Below, piece after piece: positions 11,971 through 26,454 of a stretch of DNA of 64,000 nt (within the stretch, counting starts at the first letter, position 1; each line of letters opens with the position of its first letter). The stretch spans positions 11,160,001 to 11,224,000 of the forward strand of contig NC_043015.1 of NCBI RefSeq assembly GCF_006345805.1, in the 5' to 3' direction. The translations under genes and the position numbers were made by a program. The notes under the pieces were generated by a model. That model made no database searches and had not been told where the DNA came from. It saw nothing but the letters and a program-made list of their open reading frames with translations. Source of the stretch: Octopus sinensis (taxonomy: Eukaryota).

Positions 11971-12798
11971 TGAGTACAGAACGTCACCAACGATGTAAAT
12001 AACATGAAATTTCGTTAACGACGAGAAACAAAGACAATTTAACACAGAGAAAGGACCCTTCATCAGTTGTCGGCTGTCTACTCCTGATTCCGAGCATTCG
12101 ATGACAATATGAGTCTTCAAAGACAGTTCTTCTCATTAATTATAAAATGAAATTCGTGATTTATGGAGGGATAAGGTTCAGAACAAAAAAAAACCACAGT
12201 AGGCACATACAAGGAAACCTAACGAATTCAAACGTGGATGGTCGTTAGACCAGAACGAGAGGGAATAGTGAACGCTGCGAAAAACATTTTTTTGAAAAGT
12301 GATAGGATAGAAAAGAGAGAAAAGACACGTTCATTCCTTTAAATATCCGTGCAAGAAAAGAAAGATTTAATCTTGAGGAAAAGGAAGATGGACGATGATC
12401 ACGTGTTAGCAACGAGAGAGAAAGAGGGGAAAGAGAGAGATAGGTAGAAAACGTTAAAGGAAAGAGGGGAAGAAAAAAGGAATTAGAGAAGGGTGGAGGA
12501 AGAAAACGGTATATATATGTATACATATCGAAAGATAGATATATGTATGTATACACATATAGTTTCTTGGGTATATACATGTGTATGTATATGTATACTA
12601 TATATGAGCATATATATATATATATGAATAAATAAATGGAGTTTAACGCAGGTATAAATCAAATATTTTTACTTTCGACACATGTTTCTAGCTTTATAAA
12701 CAAGGAGTTACAACCTCTTTACTTGTGAGATTTTTGCTACTCTGGTAACTATTGATTTATTTTTTCCGTGTTAATTTTTAACAAGGTAAAATACACTC

Positions 12799-12863
<65 letters not shown>

Positions 12864-12889
12864 GAGAGAGTTTCCATATATATATATGT

Positions 12890-13103
12890 TTTCTTATTAC
12901 CCACAAGGGGCTAAACATAGAGGGGACAAACGAATTAAGTCGATTACAACGACCCCAGTGCGTAAATGGTACTTAATTTATCGACCCCGAAAGGATGAAA
13001 GGCAAAGTCGACCTCGGCGGAATTTGAACTCAGAACGCAGCGGCGGACGAAATACCGCAAAGCATTTCGCCCGGCGTGCTAACGATTCTGCCAGCTCGCC
13101 GCC
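12890..13103 (-). mobile_element. tRNA-headed SINE family B (central domain resembling MetaSINE-type CTTTCATCCTTTCGGGGTCGATAAA)
   Basis: Minus: GGCGGCGAGCTGGCAGAATCGTTAGC...GAGTTCAAATTCC...CTTTGCCTTTCATCCTTTCGGGGTCGATAAATTAAGTACC...TTTAGCCCCTTGTGGG; copies at 31768, 35015, 50510. Confidence 0.85.
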
Positions 13104-14429
13104 TTTCCATATATATATATTAACACAATCATGTATCTATGAATACTGTCATATGAAAATAAACACCTGTGCTGCGTTGTTTAAAATAGGATTATTTGTG
13201 TTGCTGGTGTACTTTTTATCATTTAGTTGCTGTTGTTAGTGCAGTTGGCGTTTCTCTTCATGCTACTCCTGTTGATAGTGTATCCCTTTTTGTCTCATTG
13301 ACTGTGACTGCCGAATACAGTCTTGACGTTGCCGAAATGCTAGGGATTTCAATTGAATTTATTTCGGAAGTAATTTCTGTACCACAAAAATTGCCAATAG
13401 AAATTTCGCCAGAATATCAGCTGAATAAGAATAAATTAATTAGCAAGTCATTACCAGTGAAACTCTGCTCAGGAATTTCTTGAGGGTTATATACATGTCC
13501 GATTAAGTATTAGTTAATTTTCTGAACGTGAATCTTACGGGAGAAAATATTCAACGAAGAGAAAATGCTTGCGATTTTTTACAGAGATAGAATGGTTTCT
13601 GTTGCATATAATACCCTTGTGCATATTCATTATAATCGAGGAATTATTTGCTGTGACTAGCCCCATTCAGTAGCTAGCAGTTCCACAACCGAAACAGGTG
13701 TGTTTAGCGTCGTCAGTATTTTATAAACACCTTGTATATATACATATATACATATACATATACCTAGACATATGTGTGTGTGTGATAGAATAAATGGAAG
13801 TAAAGGATCCTCAATACATCTTGTAAGAGCTATACATATTGTTATTTAAAACAGTTTCATCGGACTCGTTCAGGTTTATATTACCGAATAAAGAAAAGGA
13901 GGTGGTCCGAGATGTCTACTGGAAAATGGGCTGCTGTTGGTAACAAGAAGTACGATTGGCAACATAGCGACACCAGATATATTGGAAAGGAGTATTTCTT
14001 GCAACGCGTGGCAGACAGGAAACTAATGTCATCTTGGACCGTGGCGAGTGTCTGTCTGTATGTGTGTGTGTATGTGTGTGTGTGTGTGTGTCTGTGTGTT
14101 TGTGTTTGTGTGTATGTACGTTAGTGTGTATATGCTTGCATTTCAGTATAAAAAGTATCAGTGCCCGTTTGCGTGGATGTACAAATATTCGTGCCCGTAT
14201 GTGTTTGTCTCTGGTATGTTTTATGTGTGTGAGTGTATTTATACTCTTAGTATTTATATGTGATGATGTGGAAGATGTATGCTTATTGCATTGCCGGAGC
14301 AATGTTTTATAGAAAAGGCGTTGACTTGAGATTTGGTAGTGTAGGAGAGATAAGAACAGACGGGAATACGTACATATGTGTGCATGAGTGTATGTGTGCG
14401 AGAGTGCATAGATGTTGGTGTGCGTGTGT

Positions 14430-14464
<35 letters not shown>

Positions 14465-14589
14465 GTGTGTGTATGTGTGTGTTTCCATGCGCATACCATG
14501 CATATGGAGGCGAATGTGGGTAGCTACAAGAGATGCATAAGGTCGTGGGAACGGTTTGCGGCCTGCATAGACATTGATGTATTGGTACC

Positions 14590-14740
14590 CTGTTCGTGGC
14601 TGTGGAGCAGCGAGTGCTAATTGCAGTCAGTGTTAAGGTAATATACCTAGATTTTCGGTAGCAAGCGGTTTCATGATCACCGGTGCTGGTGGGGACCTCT
14701 GATGCAGGAATAGGATCCATATTTCGTATTAATAGATTCT
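14590..14740 (+). mobile_element. CR1-like LINE RT fragment (degenerate)
   Basis: SVKVIYLDFR* resembles the 'VIYLDFxKAFD' RT motif. Confidence 0.4.
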
Positions 14741-14803
14741 GAAGGTTGGTAGAAAACTTGCAGTTATTTTAATAATACGTATATATTATAAATATACAAA
14801 CAT

Positions 14804-14861
<58 letters not shown>

Positions 14862-15045
14862 TGTATATATATATATATATAGACATATATATATATATAT
14901 ATAATATACATGTATGTATGTATGTATGTATATGTATATATATTATGTATGTATGTATTTATCTATCTATATATATATATACTATGTACATATAATGAGT
15001 ATTTTATGCACGCCTATGCATATATTCAGACATATGATATATATA

Positions 15046-15079
<34 letters not shown>

Positions 15080-15089
15080 CTATTCATAT

Positions 15090-15667
15090 GGACTACTGCC
15101 GCCCAACTTTGGTCACCACACAATATATAAAACAAACAGCAGAAACTCGAAGACTCAGAGAAGCTACACAAAGAAAATCGTCTCAATGCAAAATGTCAGT
15201 ACTGGGAAAGACTTGAAGGTATTAAACCTCTTCTCCCTGGAGAGGAGGCGGGAGAAATAGCAGTAATATACATCTGGAAAATCCTGGAGGGTCTTATCCA
15301 ACTTTGGCATTCAAAGTTACTCCAACCGCAGAAACGGGGCGCCGCTGCGGTGCCAAGGATTCCAACATCACCATCAAAATACAGGTCCATACTGCAACAG
15401 CTGGGTTTCAGAGGACCACAGCTTTTCAACATCCTCCTAATGCCTGAGAGACTTACATGGTGTGGATGTGGGTTTCTTTAAAACTAAACTGGATCTCTTC
15501 TTGTTGGAAGTCCCAGATGAACCTACCTCACACAGGAGACGCGGAGCGGGCAGCAGCATCGAACTCCCTGGTTGATCAAGTGCCACGTATCAGAGGTGGA
15601 TCACACAACTAGTGTGGATCATTCAGCGGTGGTGCCCCAGCATGGCCGCGGCTTCGGGCTAAAACAT
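15090..15667 (+). mobile_element. CR1-clade LINE 3' end (RT C-terminus plus 3' UTR)
   Basis: DYCRPTLV..QRSYTKKIVSMQNVS..LKVLNLFSLERRRE..IYIWKILEG..GFRGPQLFNI..KTKLDLFLLEVPDEP; ends GGTGCCCCAGCATGGCCGCGGC. Confidence 0.85.
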
Positions 15668-16020
15668 TTTAAGGATTTAAGGATTTATATATATATATAA
15701 TATATCGATATAAGTGATAATCATTGAGACCCAAAGATGTCAGGTAATGTTGAATAAGTGCTATAGACAGACTATAGTTAAGTTCTAGATTCAGTAATAT
15801 TGCGAATAAAGTGTTCAACGTTGGTTCTATGTCAGCGTGTGTATATAAGAATCTTTTGCGTAATAAGATTAAAAAAAAAGCCAAGGCTGTGTAGATATTA
15901 GAGCATTTATAGATAGAAGGTATTAGCGCATTTATAGACAGGTCTTACAGCTATGTCTAATATCTATACAGCCTTGGTTTTTTTATCTTATTATGTAAAA
16001 AATTCTTATCTATCTATCAA

Positions 16021-16079
<59 letters not shown>

Positions 16080-16088
16080 ATATGTATG

Positions 16089-16125
<37 letters not shown>

Positions 16126-16864
16126 ACATGTGTATCTATGTATGCATGTATAAATATACGTGTGCATATATGTATGTATAAATATATGTTCATGTTTTTA
16201 TGTATGCATGCTTACATATATTCACTTACGCGCGCACACATACAGTCATATACAATTTTTTACGGTTAAAAAGAAATAGAGAGACGAAGATTAATTTACA
16301 AACGTTTCTTGTTCACTTAATTTTCTAAATGACTGTGTTGTCTTCTGTTTTTAAAATCAGTAATTACATGTTTGAAACACTATGATGAGAATAATACGCT
16401 AGAGTAGCGCATGGCATTTTAGCATGTGATTTGTTGCAACATATTTGAGTGTTTCAGATCAAGAAATTTAGTAACACGTTTTTTTTTTTTTAAATAGTGT
16501 TCTTTTGTACCTCTCTGCCTTAGCACATTATTCAGTTTTTCCTTACTTCTCTGCTTGAACCCATAACTCACAGTTTCTCCTTACGCTTACGCCTGCATGA
16601 GATTGATACTGTGCTTAGATACGAAACTGCGAATTAAATTCAGTTGGTTCTAGAAAGAATTCTGTCGATTAGTCTTGATTTATATGCATCGAATGGAGCC
16701 GTAAAAAGAACGAGCTGCTGCGAAATACACGAGAAGCTTTTACTCTTATGACTACCACGAATTCCTGCATGCATATACATATGTTTTTGTGCATGTATGT
16801 ATGTATGTATGTATGTAAACACACAGGTATACACGCTTATATAATATATATATATATATATCTT

Positions 16865-17378
<514 letters not shown>

Positions 17379-17387
17379 ATATATATA

Positions 17388-17445
<58 letters not shown>

Positions 17446-18596
17446 GTATATTTTTTCTTAAAGAAACGCTCAATGCCCATTGACCCATCTCGCCCAACCA
17501 TCTCCAACCCACATTCAAAAAGCTAAAATTTCCCAATGTTTCACTTTCGTCTGCTGCTTCACGCATGCGTAGAATTGTACTGCAACAGCAGAGGTAAAAG
17601 CAATACCAGATAACAACCAGAAAACATGATATGCTAGAAACAAAAGGTAAACGACATTGTTTCTAAATAAACTTCCCCGCTTTCCAAAAGGCTTAAAGTG
17701 AAGTATTGGGCGTTTGTAGCTTTTTGAAAGTGTTGAGATGAAAGTAGATATTAGTGATTCTTCAAGAAAAAAAGAAGAAAATACTTAAGGCTTCGTGCGT
17801 CTTTTTTTCTTCATGGATTACAAAGAAAAAAAATCTTGGCAAAAAGTAAAAGATCAAGAAATTGGTATGGGGTAGCAGAAAATTAAAATATTGGAAAAGT
17901 GTTTGGGTGGGGGAGCGAAATGTTAATATGATCTCTCGAAAACAGGAATCGGAAGAAATTTAGGAAAAAAATAAGAGTGGGGCGCAAATGACACCTCGGA
18001 CATGCAAGAAACAACAGGTAAAGGACAGAATTTCTGGGTAAACATTTAGTTTATATCGCCGATTAGGTTTTTACACAAGCGATTCACAAGAAGGTTATTT
18101 CACAAGAAGGTTATTTCAATTGGATTTGAGCTGTAATTTTGTGCGTGCCCACAACAAGAAATACATAATTCGCACAGAAGATTTACTTACAGTGTGTGTG
18201 TGTGTGTTGTGTGTGTGTATGCGTGTGTGTATGCCAAAGGAAATTATTTTATGGTATTCATTCGTTTGAAGCAGAAAATTTGTCAACTATTTCATATGGT
18301 CGATCATATAGTGTCATATGATTGTTCGTTAATTTCCGTAGATGTTTTTTTTTTCTATATGCTATGAATAGAGCAGAAATTGAGGGAAAGCTGAAAGTGA
18401 GAAGGTGCCATTTGCTTTGAAATGAGAGCAGAAAGGGAAAGGGAGGAGAAAGTTAAAGAGAAAGGGAAAGATGTATGGGTGTGTTTATGAAATGGACGTG
18501 TGTGCGTGTGCGCATGAGCGTGAGAGAGAATATGTGAAGGTACGTCTTATCATATATGTATTCATTGTATGTATGTGTAAATGGCACTCGCCCTAT

Positions 18597-18630
<34 letters not shown>

Positions 18631-18679
18631 TTATTTTTCCTATACACGCACATAAATACACATGCGTACTAAAATCAAA

Positions 18680-18995
18680 ATAAGGTATTAATTTAATAAC
18701 ATCAATTTAACACCAAGTGGTTTAGCGCATAAAAAACTGAGATTCAGTAAATATTAATACACAAATATGAGAGAGAATCCACTATGTGGACGCTCTTACG
18801 CTAAAAATAGATCCGCAATGGCCTCAACCACTAAGAATTGTTCTCAAGAAAAATTTAGCCCAACTATGAACGTAAGTAAGCAGGACAAATGAAAAATAAC
18901 AAAAATATAGATTAACCCCAGACAATTGTTTCACTGTTAATAAATTATGCAATTTTACTTACTCAATAAATCTACAGATCATCAGTGAGATTCTT
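18680..18995 (-). mobile_element. Penelope-type pLTR fragment carrying a hammerhead
   Basis: Terminus atcaatttaacaccaagtggtttagc resembles 8736 and 59790 termini; hammerhead ~230 nt inside. Confidence 0.5.
18914..18992 (-). ncRNA. Type I hammerhead ribozyme motif
   Basis: Minus: AATCTCA CTGATGA TCTG[insert]CAGT GAAA CAATTG TC TGGGGTT; palindromic stem III ACAATTGT, GUC site, 7-bp stem I (2 G.U). Confidence 0.7.
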
Positions 18996-19994
18996 CCTTT
19001 TTGGCGCCCTCGAACGAGGGCATTTGAAGATAACTGCGAATAAACTCGTGTTTTTGACTTCGTGTTAATATCTGGCGTGCAGTTTGACAAATTATATAAC
19101 GTAAGAATGATATATTTTAACACTGGGTCAAAGGCAGTGAACTTGTGAAAAGCTAATAGGCTGTATATAAATGTGCGATGAGAAGTGAAAGCTGCCTCTG
19201 TAAAAACTATTAATTTGCACATCCAGCTTAACGTGGATGTTTTGTTTTAAATGCCTTAAGCTGCAGCTTTCCTTCTAAGAAATCACCTCCATATATGCAT
19301 ACGCGAGTTTAGGTATCTTGTTATATTAGACTTTATGATAGGATGAAATAAGTACGAAATAATATAAACGTTTATATTGATTAGATCAACAAAATATATG
19401 TAACAAGTCATTAAAATTAGTGTCAACTAATAAATATCATTAAATGCAAATGCCTCATAAAACTGCGGAAACATCAATGCGGTCCATATATCTGCTATAG
19501 ATAAATCGACTTTCCCTAAGAACACAACCTAAATCTTGTAAAAAAAAAAGTACTTCATGTAATCCTGAGTCTATTGTGAAATAAATCATCATGGCTTCAA
19601 CAAGATTGCATTTCATCATAGATCAGTGAAATAAACAATGGGTATGGCTTATACGACAACAATAAGTAGAATGATTAGAACATGAATATATACTTGTAGA
19701 ATGCACGTGTAAATAGACAAACTTTTCCAACTTATTCAAGACTGAGTTATTGAGCATTGATCAATAATAGCTGGACACATATGAGATGATACCTGAATTG
19801 TAAAATAAATCGTAATATGACAATAACCTATTCGATTCACGTAATTTTTCTAAAGACATCTTTGGATTATGATGCAGAAGTAATCGAAATTCATATAACT
19901 TTGGAAGAATATATTCATAAAGAAATCTAGAGAACTGGCAATCCTTGCAAGGATGACGGGATAAGTAAATATGTGGGCTTATACACACACACAT

Positions 19995-20157
<163 letters not shown>

Positions 20158-22840
20158 ATACTTACATGCATTTGTGTACATATGTACATACACATACCAC
20201 GCATATATATGTATATGTGTATATATATATATTGTTTGTATGCATGTATTTAGGTATGTAAACAGATACTAGTGTTCTTTATTGGAAGATATTTCGCCCG
20301 AGAATATAAACGGTCTATTATACGCATGATGGCCTGTCGTGTAATAATCCTGCAGTTTAAGATCCAATAATGATGGTAAATAAATATCTTTAAGGAATAA
20401 ACGTCGAATATTTGATAATTAGATTCTTTCATTTCCATATTGTTTTCATACACAATTATTGTTAAACGTGAAGTAGTACTGATCACTGCAGCTGGAGATG
20501 GAGCGGGTAGGACATTTGCTGAATTATTTATTCGATGTAAGGTTTTACTGTGTTCAAATACCACGTTGAATTTGTTTATGAGGATAAACATTGCAGAACA
20601 AAACCTGGCAACAAATTACAACCAGCTTAACCAATGTAGTATATAATAATTTTTAATTAAGTAATGTTAAAGACAATAATTTTATAATTCAAAATTTCGG
20701 TTCGAGAAAATGGAAGGATGAATATTACTGAGAATATTATTAATACTCCAAAGATTAGATTCACACTATCTACCATTCCCGCTTTAATGAATTTTGATTA
20801 ATTGTAATATCGCAAGTTTTCTCCAACTATTCATTGTTTGTTCTGAATTGTTTATTGATTAAATCATTGCTCCAAAGATTAAGATTTTAATTTAATTAGT
20901 TAAAATCAGTTGTTAGCACCCACTTTAGAATTAAGGTTCCAAGCAGAAGGCGTCTTCTGTTCTTACTTTGCAGTCATTTATTTCAATAATTGAGAAAAAT
21001 TAAAAGTTATTGCAATTTATGATTGGTTGTGTACCGAATACATTAAAAGTATACGACTTTGCTCTTCCTACATGACTGCAGTAATTTTTGCACTTTCCTT
21101 CTTGATACCTTATCTTATGTGTCTTTTTTCTTTTAATGCAGTTACATATTTCGTAAAATTAAAAAAGAAAAACAGTGATAGAAGAAATAACCTCGGTGGC
21201 GTGTGGGCAGCGAAATTGAAGCTTTCATTGCAAAGGTACTGATTCTGTCAATGTGAAAAGCTTTATAAACAATGCTTGTATTAATAACATTAGTTCATTT
21301 AGAAGATCGAAGTACATTACTGGGCCTAATTTTATCGACTCAAAATAGACGAAAGTCACTCAGAGTTTAGCGGTATTTGAACCCAGGACGAAAAGAGATA
21401 AAACAAATAAGGGAATTACAACATAACCACAAAAGCGATTCTGCAAAGCTACTGTATTGTCTGGTATTAATGCAATAGTATTGGTTTGCAAGTAACTTCT
21501 GAATATGTGATATTCTTTGTGGTTTCCTCCAGATTTTAAAATACACACCTCAAAATGACATGATATTTTGCGTGCAGAAAAAGTGTTTTATTCTGTTTTT
21601 GCAAAGGGCAAGTAAAAGGAGTTCAGAGTTACAATAAATTTGATTGTTGTGAAAAAGAGTAAACGACTGAGTATTAGACAGGTCACTTCGTTAAAGCTTT
21701 TCGAACTCGCTTTTCCATTATACACGTCGTATAATGTCAGGCTCTGTACTGTAAAATGTAAAGGTTCTTATTTTATAAATTGCTTTTTTAAAAATTTTCT
21801 TTAATGATAGAATATGATATAATGATGATGAGTCAGCACTGAGTGTGCGTACACATAGTGCATTAATGATGTGCATTAAATAGATAACAATGTTTAGCGT
21901 AGGTTACATCAATGTGATTGAGAATACGTGTGTTACTCAAAGCATTGATCAATAAGGTAACAGAGGCCTGAACAGAACTTACAGTGCATAATAAGATTAC
22001 AAGCAGCGTGAGGCGAGAGATATTAATCAGCTATGTAACTTTTCCTACATGTGTCCTTAATGACATCGATGTGATATCAAAGAGTGAGAGATTTGTTATA
22101 GTAGGACGTATCAAGATTCAGCGCATGGTAGAGAAATAGGAATCTTATAATATAAGTTGTGTACTGTAATTCAAATTAAGTTCACAGGCCCAAAATCAGC
22201 AAGTTTATATCTTCACCAATTTTATATTCCACTAATCATATTTGGATATGTCGCAGCTTGAGTTAAAGAATTTCTCATATAACGATGTATTGCTTCTCTG
22301 ATCACAATTTCCGTGGTCGTAATAAACAAGTCTAGGTTAGCTATAATCCGCCTTGCAGGTAGAAGCCTCATCTTAATCATATTCCTAACGGGCAATAAAT
22401 TAGGACGGCATATGAAAATGTATAAATGCGAGCTTTGTTTGTGAACAATATTAAAGATTTATTTATTAGCTTGATTTATCGTTATATATCGAACGTATGT
22501 GTTTAGACGTTGCATATATCAAGAACGCGAATGATAATGTGCAAGAAGCGCAATTTGTTTGTATTGTTTCGCTGCGTTAGTTCAAATTTGAAGAATGTTT
22601 GAAAGCATAGTAGACATTCATTCGACATAAATTGTATGCTTCTGTGATATAACTCAACGTATAGCCTACTTTAAAACAAATCACACCACGCCATTCTACA
22701 GAGAGTGAAATATATTTCCTTAGAATGCAGACCAAAATGTACACATATACATATGTACAAACATGCATGCACGCATACATACATACACACACATACAAAC
22801 ATACACATTTATGCATACAGATATAGATACATACACATAC

Positions 22841-22878
<38 letters not shown>

Positions 22879-22880
22879 TC

Positions 22881-22947
<67 letters not shown>

Positions 22948-23204
22948 GTTTATTTGCATGCATGTATTTACGCATACTTGTATTTGTGTATATATATATA
23001 TATATATTATATATATATATGTTTATTTGCATTCATGTATTTACGCATACCTGTATTTGTATATATATATATATACATAAACATACATACATACATAAAT
23101 TCATACATACATACATACATACATACATACATACATACATACATACATACGTACATACATACATACATACGTATATACATGGTTGTTGTCTACGCCTTAT
23201 GCTA

Positions 23205-23430
23205 CTTCTGACCACCTCTTGTACCTACACCTTTGACCCGTCATGCCATCTGATGTGGCTTTTTAAACCAAAGTATTGAAAAGACACCCACATAGATTTT
23301 ATATCTGATTTGAACTAACAAAAGCTGCAGTTAAGTTCTGATCTTTCTGACTCTTAAAAGGTATTTTGAGATCTCCGTCAGATGTGCAGACCTTATGCCA
23401 TACATGGCATTCAAAGGTGTGCACAGATAT
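23205..23430 (+). repeat. Old dispersed repeat, inverted homolog at 31255-31490
   Basis: gtattgaaaagacacccacatagat...gcagttaagttctgatcttt matches the reverse complement of aaagatcagaacttaactgc...atctatgtgggtgtcttttcaatac. Confidence 0.7.
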
Positions 23431-23477
23431 ATAGGCATCGTGATGTACATTAATACAATACATATATATATATATAT

Positions 23478-23509
<32 letters not shown>

Positions 23510-23568
23510 GTGTGTGTGTGTGTGTGTGTTGTGTGTGTGTGTGTGGTGTGTGTGTGTGTGTGTGTGTG

Positions 23569-23608
<40 letters not shown>

Positions 23609-23640
23609 ATGTGTGTGAGTGCGTATGTATATATATATAT

Positions 23641-23975
23641 ATTCTTCTTTATCTTTTTTCCCCATTGTGGAGCATAAGGCCTTAACAATTGTTTTCCACT
23701 TTTTGTGGTCATTGGCGTGTTTCTTGGCTGCTTCCCATGTCAGTCCGATGTTCTTGAACTCGTCCAAAATGCTCCGCGTCCACGTCTGCTTCGGGTATCC
23801 TCGCTTCCTTTTCCCCTGCGGGTTCCAGTCAAGTGCTTGTCCGGTTCTTTCCGCAGTGTGTGTCCGATCCATCTCCATTTCCTTTGTCTAATCTGAACAT
23901 GTATGGGCTCATGGTTGTCCTTTTCCCACAGGTCAGTGTTTGGGACTCTGTCGAAACACTTCAGATGGATGATCT
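23641..23975 (-). mobile_element. RTE-clade LINE 3' end
   Basis: [81 protein letters not shown]. Confidence 0.9.
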
Positions 23976-24053
23976 GCTGCGGACATACATATGTGTACTT
24001 ACATATATATGTGTGCATATATATATATATACACACACACACACATGTATTTG

Positions 24054-24111
<58 letters not shown>

Positions 24112-24134
24112 GTGTGGTGTATGTATATGTGTAT

Positions 24135-24225
<91 letters not shown>

Positions 24226-24379
24226 GTATACATACATATAATACATAGTTGTATGAATGTATGCATATATATATATCAGCCCTTAAACTTGCTAGTATTT
24301 ATAAAATTTACAAAAATAAAGAAAATATATGCAGCAAATAAGGGTTCAATAGTTTAGGACATTGAAAATTCTTCGTGCT

Positions 24380-24700
24380 TTGTCAATATCCATGCTGGCC
24401 TTCAATCATTCGTATATTAAGTATTAACAAACAAGGGGCCACTAATTCATACATGTTGTAAAGAGTGAAGGAATTCACTAATATTGGGGAATAACTACGA
24501 GACGTGAGTCCCAGTTGAAAATTTATCTTCAACAAGATCCTAAACATATGCGTCTTTAATGGAGAGAAAATTGATTTCGATAGTTTTGTTTTCTATAGCA
24601 CTGAGTCAGTTATAAGATCTGAGATGATTCTTTGGAACCATTGATGTTGAAATGGCATTAAACGACAAGAAGAATAGCATATTGTTACCCTATCTAGAGC
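24380..24700 (-). mobile_element. Very old CR1/L2-like RT fragment
   Basis: Weak remnants such as GTGGCCCCTTGTTTGTTAATACTTAATATACGAATGATT, resembling 'GPLLF.IYINDL'. Confidence 0.3.
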
Positions 24701-24959
24701 ACACAACTTATTTTTTAAATGCCCATCCCATTCGATAATTCAATAATATCGTTTGGAATGATGCTTCCAGTCGGTGAAGAAAATATCAGCAATTGATTAG
24801 GTGGTACTGACCTCACCGAAAACCTATCCACAGAAAATAAGGATAGGTATGTGTTTCCCACCATGGATAGGAATGTGTCACGAAGCTCTTCACTTTGAAC
24901 TTTAATTTGAATTTATATATACATATATATATATATATATACAGAGAGAGAGAGAGAGA

Positions 24960-25202
24960 GAAAATAGTAAAAAGTGAAAAACTACAGAAGGCTTGTTTTA
25001 AAAGGTTAAAAAATATATATTTGAGTCAATATGTCTGAAGAATGTTATAAATTTTTTTCATACAATGACATAGTTTAGACGAAATGACATATTGACTCAA
25101 ATATATATTTTTTAACCTTTTAAAACAAGCCTTCTGTAGTTTTTTTCACTTTTTACTATTTTCTATATATTCAACCACGTGCTTTCACAAACCAACTTTC
25201 TC
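24960..25202. mobile_element. Fold-back (76-bp arms, 50-nt spacer) of the pLTR of the Penelope family at 44097-45180
   Basis: 24960-25085 matches 44135-44261; 25086-25163 is the reverse complement of 24960-25035 and continues into the reverse complement of 44097-44135. Confidence 0.85.
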
Positions 25203-25605
25203 ACCTATATATATAATATATATATATATATACAACACACACATACATGCGCACACACACACACGTACACACAAGCACACACGCACATACACACACGCAG
25301 GTACATACACACACACACACACACATGCACACGAAAACAAACATACACAAACGTACGTACACACACACACACAGACACGCACGCGCACACACTCATTCGA
25401 GCACATACACACAGACTTGTGCCCACGCACATACCCACACATACACACAGATACCTCATTCTCTTATACTCCACTGTCTTAGAAAGAACTTTTGCTGCAC
25501 TCTTTCCCTTTGGGTTATTTCAAAATGTAAGCACATGTAGACCGTTGGTGTTTTTCTTTCTTTTTTCTCCGCCTTCCTATTCTCTTAGACTTTCCTACGT
25601 GTTCT

Positions 25606-25640
25606 GTTTCTCACGATGAGCTTTACTCGAAACGTAAAAC
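25606..25640 (+). ncRNA. Degenerate hammerhead motif (G5 to C)
   Basis: GTTT CTCACGA TGAG-CTTTA-CTC GAAA CG TA AAAC; stem I and GUA intact, core mutated. Confidence 0.45.
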
Positions 25641-26454
25641 CACCTTTCTTTCCTTCCTTGAGTGTCTGCTAATACTTTGCATGTACCACGTCCTCACGTT
25701 GGTTTTTTTTCTTGTGTTTACTCTTCGTTTTTTTTTTGGTGGTGGTGGGGAATTAACTATGTATATGCATACATATATACTTACTTTGGAACCAGTTGTT
25801 ATGTGGTTTGATCCTACTGCACGGCATATTTGGCAAGTGCGTTCTATTATAGCCCGAGTCGAGTAATTCATTGATGAATTTTATAGATGGAAACTGTGTG
25901 GAATCCTGTCTACGGGGACATAAACAAACCAACAGCTGCTCGTACGTGGTATGGAAGGACAAACACACATATATATATATACAGCGATTTACTTTAATTT
26001 TTGTTTGCTATTCCACTCATGTGGCATCGATCGACCTGTGGCTATGATAGAAGACAGTGGAATTAAAATCGAACCATATTATGGAAAGCAAACTTCTTAC
26101 TGAAGAGCTGTGTCTGTGCCTGTTGCGTACCTTTTTACAACTCCTCTGTGATGGTAACTATCAGCAAAATCCTAGAATATATATTTACACATACACTAAT
26201 TTCAGCCTCTGTCTCAAGAAGCACAAGTAGAATGATCTTAATGACAAGCATATATGTCTGCCTCTTAGGAGGCCCTTATAAGGCAATATATACTTACTGA
26301 AGTTCTCTGTAGGTAAGTGCTCACCACATGGAGCAAAATACAGGGCGGACTCTGGAATAAATAAAATTATTCTCAAACACAATCAAAATATATATAGAAG
26401 ATATGTTGACACTTTTAATTAGAGCGATAGAGTTTAATAGAAAAGACTATTAAA

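Noticed and set aside
12035-12071. GACAA-CTGATGA...TTGTC hammerhead-like remnant (minus)
   Set aside because: No GAAA or stem II between the stem I arms.
13196-13483. 95-aa non-repetitive ORF (and antisense GNFCGT peptide)
   Set aside because: No recognisable domain and no consistent splice or frame solution.
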